This document shows positions 47,378 to 56,530 of a stretch of DNA of 64,000 bases, piece after piece. The first letter of the stretch is position 1. Every line of letters starts with the position of its first letter. Both the position numbers and the translations under genes were made by a program. Under the pieces are notes generated by a model. The model saw only the letters and a program-made list of their open reading frames with translations, did not search any database and was not told the DNA's origin. The stretch is taken from the NCBI GenBank assembly GCA_051530055.1, contig CM121343.1, forward strand, positions 6,046,389 through 6,110,388, given 5' to 3'. Source of the stretch: Neoechinorhynchus agilis. Lineage: Eukaryota > Animalia > Acanthocephala.

Positions 47378-49915
47378 TTAATTTTCTATCTGTTCCAGAA
47401 TATGATTGATGCAATCTTCGACGTCTGCTAACGAAAATAAGTCGTCACCAACAACTAATCCATCAAGCCATTCGTCGAAATCGGTGAACCTCTTCTTTAG
47501 GCGCTCGGAGCTACTTTTTACCCGGAAGCAACCCCGCTCGAGTTTATCGTTGCTCCTGGCGAACTGATCATTTAAGATTATTGCCTCTGGTGTGACAACC
47601 GCTTCATTGATCATGTCAACAATTTGCTGACTTACCGTTATTGGTTCGTGGTACTGTCGACTACGCTTCCGAGTGCATGCATCCGAATCTGGATTTAGCT
47701 GTTCGATATATTGTTCATCACGGGAACAAGTCTTAAGTTCGCAAAATTGATCTCGTGATTTAATGCACACGATAGCGTCGTGAACACGTAAGCGTAGTGA
47801 CCAGTTAAGAGTCGAGAAGGTTCAGAAAATCGACTAATGAAAATATAGTTGGACTGCAAACGAGGAGGTCTAGAGCGAATTAGAGCAAAGACCAAAGCAG
47901 GCAGAAGTTCATCTGCGCTAGAATTCCCTTTTGTCGTGTTTAAGTATCGTAAAGATTCAAGTACACTGCAAAGTTTATCAAACGGAGTCACTTTGCTATC
48001 AATTTCAATGAGAGCTTGCATTGCCTTATCCATTGCATCACTATTCGCAACTATATAAGGACTGATTGATCTGGCGTTCAATGAAGCTAGATGATTAAAC
48101 CGAGTTTGGAGTGATAAATCATCGGGTTCGTGTTCAGCGAAGACCGCAGAAAATATGGGTCCGTACATGAGACGGAAAACGCAGTCTTCAGCGGCGTCCA
48201 CGAAAAATTGTACATTATCCAGTCCATCAACCATTTGACCTAAGGTTTACGAAAATAACGCCATATGAACTATTTTTCTTAAACTCACCTTCGGTCCACT
48301 TGTTTTGCCTTACGATATCGTAGATTTGTCGAACTTTTGTAGACAATGTTTCGACAGTCACCGTTGGATCGCTGACTCGATTGGTAAGCTCATATATCTC
48401 TTCTATAGATTGACGAAGCCGCTTAATGTATTCATGTGGAAATCGAAGGTCACGATCGGGGAATTGACGGGACGAAAAATTCTCCAAAGCAAGTTTTACA
48501 TCATGTACGGGAATCAAAGTTGCCTTCGATGCGATCACAGTTGCTGGTGCTGAATCTAGGTTAGAGGAGATAAAGAACGGGGTATATCGAGTTTTTAAGT
48601 TAAATAACAATCACAAGTGCGCTCCAAGCTATTTTAGGGCATTTTACCTTATTACTAAGAACGACGATTGGGATTTCAGTGTCCAAGAACGGCGCTTTTT
48701 GTTTGTTGCGGAATTATCGATGGTCAAAACAAACCTTTTTTCAGAAAGTCACAAATTTCAACTTAAGCGATTTATATAATTTTGAACTATTAGCACTAAT
48801 GAAGTATTCTACCGAACAGAAAGTACACGTTCTGAGTATATTTTTAAGGACTTAAAATAACGCTTGTACGCTCCAACAAGTTACCGAATAGAGCCTGACT
48901 TAAGAATTGCTTGTTCGGACTAACACGGGTGGATATCCCGAATTCTATCATAGATTTCAACGCAGCAATGTCTCCGATTTGCACTCATAAACTCATCGCC
49001 GACGCGCCGGGACGGTATAACCTGGCGGGCATCGGAGTAACGCTTAATAAAAATGTGAACATTTCCGAGGATTTCTTCATCGAAAATTGAACAGATCTAC
49101 GTGGACTTCAGCGAATATTCCATCCACATAGAAAGTAGTCTGAGGAACTATAAGTGCGAAACTACGCCGATCGATTCGCCATGAGGAAAACGATCTACGT
49201 GGACTTCATCGAATATTCCATATACCTAAAAAGTAGCCTGAGAAACTATAAGTGCGAAACTGATTTACTCTTTGAATATTAAACATTTGAGAAAACATAA
49301 TCGTTCTAGTAATTTCGGATATCCAATCACGAAACTTATAATGTCGGCACGATTCTTAAGTCGGGCTTAGTTCTTTTAACATTGTTCTTCACACAACTAC
49401 GTCTAAAGGATCTACCACAGCTTTTCGAAGTTCCTAAATATTGGATAACACCAAGAAAGCGTTTTTAAACTCATTTTCGCAACTCGTTTTGAAATGACTA
49501 GGTTTGTACAATTTTTGTTCAATTCCGATGTCAAATTTCTGCGCTACTTCCCTTTTTCATTCCTTTGAATAACAAATTTCACTAATTGAATCCTTAGCTC
49601 CCCAACGTTTCAAACGGATACTGCATAATTACTTACACATTGACGATATTCCATGGAACTCAGGAATGTCTTTTGATTTGAAGAATCGCCTTATTGAGGG
49701 AACTTGAAATAAGCAACAGTTTAACCATAACAGGACAGCAACCTTTTCGGTACATCAGGCAATTGAACATTTAAATTATAAGGGGCTGGCCCATTCTCTG
49801 GTTGTGATTGACGCAGTCTATGGCATTTTGAACAGTAACCATCAAATGCCACGTTTCCATAAAAACCACAGCCATCCTTGCACAAAATCTGACTTGCATT
49901 GAACCGAGGGCCCAT
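47378..49915 (-). CDS. RABGEF1: Rabex-5: A20 zinc finger plus VPS9 Rab5 GEF
   Basis: [24 protein letters not shown] (A20 ZnF). VPS9 motifs [44 protein letters not shown] and [14 protein letters not shown] intron 48240-48288. A frame change near 47.75 kb is best explained by a 47-nt AT-AC intron (see findings). Confidence 0.9.
48892..49367. mobile_element. MITE-like element in RABGEF1 intron 1 with an internal 98-bp duplication
   Basis: Terminal inverted repeats AGCCTGACTTAAGAATTG / CGATTCTTAAGTCGGGCT (16/18). GATCTACGTGGACTTCA at 49094 and 49192. Confidence 0.6.
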
Positions 49916-50134
49916 CTGCAATGTCGGATTGAATTCAAATACACCAAAAAAACGCTCAATCCTATAAAACCGAAATCGAGATTTCAACTACATGTATCAA
50001 GCACATTGCTGCTTCACAAGTGTACAATTTGACACGGAAGAATTAGTGAAAATATAAACATGGATCTTTAAAAGCATCGCGAATCAGAAATAGTCAATAA
50101 AAAGCTCTCATGTGTAGTACGGGAAAAGTAATTA

Positions 50135-50320
50135 ATTCAAACGTTGGAGGTGCAGCGAGCGCTTCCGAAGGACGGAAAACGGCGAAATACCTCGATTTAG
50201 CCCATGCGTTTGTGCCTTTTTGGGTTGGGACCTACGGATCTCTTGGTAGCGAGGATCTTCAACTTCTGAAGGATCTCAAGCGACGCCTTCAGGTTATAAT
50301 TGGCGGAGAGGCAACACGGC
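50135..50320 (+). mobile_element. CRE-like RLE C-terminal fragment
   Basis: NVGGAASASEGRKTAKYLDLAHAFVPFWVGTYGSLGSEDLQLLKDL. Confidence 0.75.
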
Positions 50321-51039
50321 AAGCATTCGGGCGACAATTGAGGACGAAGACGGCGAATAATTATGTTTATATCTTCAGAATAAAACCTATGATTGTAAAA
50401 AAATTAAACGGGAAATTTATTCTTTTGCACTGACCATTTAAAAAACTCTCCACTGAATCCAGCCGCGTTCAATCCTCACTTTTATCAGACGAAATTTTCC
50501 CAAATGTTCTCGAATATTGCGGCGAAGTGAACTTCATGGTTAACAGCCATTCTACTCGCATTATAGAACAACGACGGCTTCTCCATTTAGAAGCCTTTAA
50601 AATAAATCATTAGATTACCTTTACAAAAAGGATAAGATGCTTCAAGGCGTTATAACAACAAAAATTCAAGGGTACGAATGTCATAGCAGGCAATTGAATG
50701 TTATTACAAAATCGATCGTGCTCTTCACCGTTGCAAATTGGACTAACAAAAAGAACGAGACGGTTGAAAGTTTTATACCATTGGAACCTGGAAGGGAGTT
50801 AAAGCGCGACAATTCATTTGTGTGTAGAAAGCAGCCGTGAACACAGAAACCTAAAATTAAATGTGTCAAATTTAGGCGAATTCATTAATTGTGGAAGAGG
50901 TATTTAGACTAAAAGAGATTCCATTCAGCAAAATCATCTCGACTACCGGATATTAAGTCATAGATCTCAGAGTACTTTTAGAAAGCAAAAAATATTTGAA
51001 TTCGTTGATGATTTTTGCTCCAATCTTTTACGCTCCCGA

Positions 51040-51250
51040 CTATCGTATCTTTAAACGAAAACCTCAACTGAACACGATTTCGGATGTAGTATACCGCATT
51101 CTTTGCGAAGACTGCGAAATGGCCTTCGTAGGTGGAACATTGAACTGTTCAAAACCATCTTTGTGAACAAAAGAACGTTTTAAGAAGTGGCAATACTACG
51201 TCAGCGATATTAGATCATTTAGAATGAACCACAAACTTAATTGGGTTCTC
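51040..51250 (+). mobile_element. Penelope-like element GIY-YIG endonuclease remnant
   Basis: VVYRILCEDCEMAFVGGT (51086-51139) matches the PLE VVY.I.C.DC...YIG.T motif. A frameshifted GNTTSAILDHL and H...W follow. Confidence 0.65.
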
Positions 51251-52635
51251 TATAAGACGGACGTTTTACCCTTTTAGTTGGCCTGAATGTACCCGGGGAG
51301 GCGGCCTGTGGGGTTTCCGCCGATCCCGAGTTAACGTGAGTCAAAATGGAAACAATCATTTGGTTTGTGTGTGTGACAAATTCATATGATTTTTTAGATT
51401 GAATTGATAAAGCGACTCTGATTCAATCAGTCGATGTCTCCCGAACAATAGAACTCAAAAGAACCGAGACAAAACAGTTTTAGTTGAACAAAGTGTTGAT
51501 TTTTCTTAATGAGTCACTAGTAGTGCACGTCTAACTTTTAATAAACATTTACGCGGTGTCCCTCACCGTTGTGGATAAAGCCTTAACATCCCCACGTCTC
51601 ACTCCACAAACCACCGAAATTTAGCCCAAATACGTCCGCCCAGGTTCGGTTTAGTGATAATCCCAGTTTCGTTTAGTTCCGGACAAGGTTTAGAGTCGCC
51701 AAGGTGTAATTCGTAGATCGTCTCACGAAAAACTGAATTTCCTTGATGATCCGTCCACAATGAACGTAGATGATTACTCATTTAGCGTTGATCAATCAAT
51801 TCTAAGAAATGTTGACGTAGGCACACACGATGACGTCACGGTTTAGGACTTTTAGACGTGTCGGGGCATCATTTTCCATCATGAAGGATCTAAAATTAAG
51901 GGGGCTGATCGACAGTCTTGTTCTCCTTAAGAAACGCAATCGTTACGTTTACAGTCTCAATGACTTCTCTGCGATACAAAAAATATCAGAAATTCGCCCC
52001 AATAATCAATAACGCCTCTCGCATACGTTCAAGAAATGCTTAATTCGACCAGAAATATCATGTTTAATTATAGACAATATCGAATCGGAATTGGAGTCCA
52101 ACAATTAGACTAATTCCAGCATACGCGCAGGGAAACCTTAAATTCACAACCAGAATAATGGTTATCTTTGAATAAAATCTACTCACATAATACTGGCCTT
52201 CCACCCCAAGCAAAATAGCATAACCAAAACCCTTGAGAGCCAGGAAGATCCTTTCGTCACACCGGCGACGTCATTTATCTGCTGATGCATATCGTCGCTT
52301 TGCTTGGACTTATAAACTATAGATCGATACTCTAAAAAGGTAAAGCGATTGTGTGAAGCATGGAAAACGCGCCTTCAGGCACTTAAAATTCCAACACTAA
52401 CCATTTAAACACGGAAGAAAACTGTGCTGATGTAATACGTCACACTAATACTTTGACGCAAAATTGAAGTAATCTTTGAGTCCGATATTCCGACAAACAT
52501 TGATACATGCAGGAGATTGTGCCGAAATATAGAATTTAATAAATAATCCACTTCAATTTCTCCGTCTTATAAAAACATGAATAATTCAATCTTAAAGCGG
52601 AGAAATCAAAATGATTTTCATCGACAGAGAAAATC

Positions 52636-53399
52636 CTTCGGGTTAATCTTCAGGTTCTCGCGATGGGGTCGTCCGAGCAAGACTGTTGGCAGTTTCAACA
52701 CGAGAATCTGGGGCGTGGTTGGAGGCTGTTCCCCTGGCATCAGTGGCAACTCTTCTTACTGATGAGGTAACGAGGATCGCAGTATCCTTAAGACTTGGTC
52801 TCCCGATATGCACGCCCCATCGCTGTCGATGTAGGTCTTTTGTTGATGCTTTCGGGCTACACGGTCTCGTCTGCAGAAGGTCCGGAGGAAGGTTTTCACG
52901 CCATTCTGAAATCAATAACTCAATTTCTCGGGCGTTGAGAACGGCGAACTTCCCGAGCATCCTGGAACCCGCCCACCTTTGTCTACTAGACGGCCGTAGG
53001 CCCGATGGAATTTCGGTTTTCCCGTGGCGGGAGGGCAAATGCCTTCTCTGGGACGCCACGTGTGTGGATACCCTCGCGGCCAGCAACATCCCCTACTCCC
53101 TCGAAATCGCCGGTGGTGCCGCCAGTGGAGCGGAAGGGAGGAAAATACGCAAATATATTCAGTTATCGAGGGCTCACTATTTTGTCCCCTTTGGGGTAGA
53201 GATGCATGGAGCGCTCGGCAGCTCGGCACTCTCTCTGCTCCAGGATGTCTCGAAGAAATTGATAGAGGCAACCGGAGACTCAAGAGCAGGTGTATTCCTT
53301 CGACAAAATATCTCGCTGGCAGTACAACGAGGCAGTGCTGCCAGCGTGATGGCGACGGTCGAGGAAGGACAAAAGCTGGAATTTGGCGGGAGGTGGTGA
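52636..53399 (+). mobile_element. 5'-truncated CRE-like retrotransposon with an uninterrupted zinc-knuckle plus RLE reading frame
   Basis: 237-codon ORF (TTG start only): CRC..D.FG.H..VC, RHSEIN, EP, RPDG..FPW..GK.LLWD.TC.DT, E.RK..KY, FVPFGVEMHG and QRGSA. No RT domain. Confidence 0.9.
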
Positions 53400-53779
53400 G
53401 TGTGCTTCAAACAGATTGTTTGAATTGTTAAAAATATATTATGTTTTTCAAAAAAAACTTTTGATGAAAATAAATTAAATATGTTATGACCGGTTGATTA
53501 TTTTCACCAAAAGTATAAAATGATTTTTAATTCCGATATTTCGGCACAATCTTGTACGTCTTTTGATTACGGTTGTTTGTAAGTTTTTAAATATGAACGA
53601 TTCAATCTTCAAACAATCCAATCTTCAAATAGACTTATATTTGGTAAAAGCAAACTGTTATTCGTTTAAATACCATTAGTTGGTGTTCTCTCGAAATTTC
53701 AAAAAAATCACACTCTAGTGGTGAAAACGAATGACAATCTAAAAGGTAACAGCAAAATTTTGATCAATTATCTTCATTA

Positions 53780-54990
53780 TATATAACACGTTTATTGAAA
53801 ATACAAAGAAAGGTTTAGGAGGACCCATGTACCTTTGGGTCCTCATCCGTTAATATGGCAATATGTAGTCTAGGGATGTCCGTTAGGATGGGAATACCTG
53901 ATCGGAGGGATGTCTATTCGGGTAGGAACTATCCAGTCAGGGACGGTTCGTTCGGGTTAGGATGTGCCCGATCGTTTGAGAATATTCGGTTGGATTGGTG
54001 TTTATTGCTTGCAGGAGCGCTTGTAAGGTTGGTCTTTCCTCGGAATCATTTCAGGTTATGATCTCCGAGAGAAGATTGGGCAGCATGAAAAAGGAGCGTA
54101 GATATAGTGAGCCGCAAGGTTGAGGGAGGATGAAACGAATTAATATTACGTTGTGCATTGTAGTGGTGGTGGTGGTGGTGGTGGTGGTGGTGGTGGTGGT
54201 GGTGGTGGTGGTGGTGGTGGTGGTGGTGGTGGTGGTGGTGGTGGTGGTGGTGGTGGTGGTGGTGGTGGTGGTGGTGGTGGTGGTGGTGGTGGTGGTGGTG
54301 GTGGTGGTGGTGGTGGTGGTGGTGGTGGTGGTGGTGGTGGTGGTGGTGGTGGTGGTGGTGGTGGTGGTGGTGGTGGTGGTGGTGGTGGTGGTGGTGGTGG
54401 TGGTGGTGGTGGTGGTGGTGGTGGTGGTGGTGGTGGTGGTGGTGGTGGTGGTGGTGGTGGTGGTGGTAGGGTTGAGAAGCGTTTTGTCTCTTTTATGAAA
54501 ATAATATCAAGGCATTCGGTGAGAGGGGAAAGTCAGTTGTGCAAATTTTAGATGCTCTTTTGTGAAGAATTTCAAGACGGCGGATTAGCGATTTGGAAAG
54601 GTTGCAAAATACGGGATAATCGTAGGTGAAGGAAGGTGATCGGATGAAGGGATTCCCAAAAGTCGGAGGCGTTTGAGGAGATAAATTTTAAAAGTGTTGT
54701 GCTTGAGTGAGGGTGTGATATGCGAGTCCCGTTTCAAATTTGATTGAAATTGGATACCCAGAATTTTTAGGGAGGTTACTCGTAGGATGTCATTTAGAAG
54801 CTCAGGGGATGATGTGAAGTTGCGGGGCAGGGGATCATTTCGAAGCATTTAGAGAAATTGAGATGGAGTTTGTGATTGGTGCAGAAATCTTTTATGTGTG
54901 TGATTTCTTTAGAGGTTAAGGTAAAGGAGAGGTCGGGTGGTGAATGGGTGATGAGGGTGAGATCGTCGGAGTCACCACCCATTAAAAATG
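53780..54990 (-). mobile_element. L2/CR1-group LINE 3' portion with an internal (ACC)n tract
   Basis: SDDLTL...NHKLHLNFSKC and LKILGIQFQSNLK..HI...KIYLLKRLRLLGIP are RT motifs 5-7 and thumb. The 3' hairpin GAGGACCC/GGGTCCTC (53819-53844) is followed by AATAAAC and a TA-rich tail. Confidence 0.8.
54163..54467. repeat. Perfect (GGT)n microsatellite, about 100 units
   Basis: Uninterrupted GGT run read directly from the sequence. Confidence 0.95.
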
Positions 54991-55149
54991 ATGCATTTTA
55001 AGCCACCCGGCAGCGTATTGGCGGCGTCCATAACCCTTAAACCGTGGTTCTAATTAAATGTTTCCAATCCTAACTATACATAGATCCCTGCCATAGTAGC
55101 GTCCAACTATTCGGTAATAAACGATAGTCCTTTTGGTTGCCGATATTTC

Positions 55150-55484
55150 GTCGTAGCATTCTTATGCGTGGCTCGTAAAAAAATTTCACTGTACACGGCT
55201 GAACGGACACACGCAGTCCAACGGTTTTTGGTCTGGGAAAGCTCTTTTTTTGCGCTCAATGCCCAAGAAGGTACAGAATACGAGTTTGTACACGTCCCTC
55301 CGGATTCTCAGATACTTTCCGAGGAGGTGAGACTCATCAGTGAATTTCCTCCATTCAACGAAGTATTTCGTCGCCTTTGGTTGTGCGTCATCGGCGGTAG
55401 CGGATTCGAACCCGTTGACCCAAACTGGGATCATGAACACTTGTCCACTTGACCATCTCGGCACAACTACGGAATGTACAAACT
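55150..55484 (-). mobile_element. Most complete copy of the tRNA-headed hammerhead SINE-like element
   Basis: A box 55455-55445, B box 55412-55402 and intact hammerhead core strands. A 10-bp inverted repeat (55283-55292/55475-55484) brackets head plus ribozyme. The 3' end is GAGCCACGCATAAGAATGCTA. Confidence 0.85.
55297..55378 (-). ncRNA. Candidate non-circularly permuted hammerhead ribozyme (predicted cut after AUC, 55311/55310)
   Basis: GAC-GAAA-UACUU (55372-55361), then GGAAAUUCA-CUGAUGA-GUC (55349-55331), then AAGUAUC-UGAGAAUCC (55317-55302). All invariant core bases are present. Folded by eye only. Confidence 0.6.
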
Positions 55485-55517
55485 TCACCATACATTAGCC
55501 TGGATAAGCTTTCCGAT

Positions 55518-55686
55518 TTTTAGCATTCTTATGCGTGGCTCAGCCGGTAGTCTTTTGATTGATATGTGTAAGATTAATTCTTTTTTCACTATACACGGCT
55601 GAATGGACACATAGTCCACCGATTTCGGTCTAGTGTCCATTCAGCCGTGTATGGTGGAAAAAAATAATCTTACACGTATCTATCAA
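55518..55686. repeat. Foldback built from the SINE-like element's 3' segment
   Basis: Arms 55555-55610 and 55633-55686 are reverse complements. The minus strand of the left arm continues ...TATCAATCAAAAGACTACCGGCTGAGCCACGCATAAGAATGCTA, as in the copies at 1.8 and 55.16 kb. Confidence 0.75.
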
Positions 55687-56530
55687 TAAGTGGTCGACTT
55701 TATCTCCTTGTCTGAAAAGAAATTCAGATAAATTTAATTAAGCCAAACTGGACGATAAGTGCTAATTTTATCGGGCTATTATTAGAAATTTTCCAGTGTT
55801 TGTTTTAAATGCATAACTAACATTGATTCATGACAAAGTTTCTAAAAATGTCATAGTAAAAGGCGAAAAATAAACGATCACAAAATTGAAATGAGAAGTG
55901 AGCATAAAAGTGATAATCGATTTTCCCCTTAAAAACTTAACATATTGAATCGACGAGAATTGAATCCTTAAGAAAGATGAGCAACTTATGGTTAAATGTT
56001 CAAAAATCGAGATAATAAATATTCCGTAGTGAATGCGACGATATTTTGAATGATGAATGTTTTTGATCATTGGCACTTCAGTAGACTTAAACTCTAAACC
56101 ATTTATAGAAAATGCGAAGAGATGAATCCATTTACTGGCACTTGATCCTGGACTAAAACAAATGCATTATTCGTGAATTAACTAGAATTGACTTGGCAAT
56201 ACAAAATCGATGGGAGTTTCAAATAAGTCTATGCTAGTTTTACTCCCAAACCCACGCAATATTTAAGTTTCGGATTAATGGTTTAATGTTTACGAATTTT
56301 TGCTCGATTGGTAGGTCGCGAATGTCACACAATATAAGGGCGCTTCACGTTAATCTCACGTATATCGACAGACGACCACAATGTGGATATCGCTTGTGTG
56401 CGATCGACCCGCACCATTGCTCACTCGATGGCTCACATTCACTCGCACGCACAAACACACAAAAAACACAAATGCCCCTATAGTGGTAGTATCGCCGTTG
56501 TTGTTGTTGTTGACGGTGGCGGTGCTCATT

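Noticed and set aside
51294-51328. HDV-like ribozyme near the Penelope remnant
   Set aside because: Only a simple GC-rich hairpin is visible. I could not build the nested double pseudoknot.
55302-55349. Ordinary minimal type I hammerhead using the internal GGAAAGTATC
   Set aside because: The base before that GAAA is G, not the C needed to pair with G10.1. No stem II forms and stem III would be 1 bp. The upstream GAC-GAAA-TAC strand fits all pairings instead.
55395-55470. tRNA gene (also at 10295-10370 and 46630-46705)
   Set aside because: A and B boxes and a T-arm are present, but the acceptor stem does not pair and the head is fused to a repeated body. It is a tRNA-derived repeat head, not a functional tRNA.
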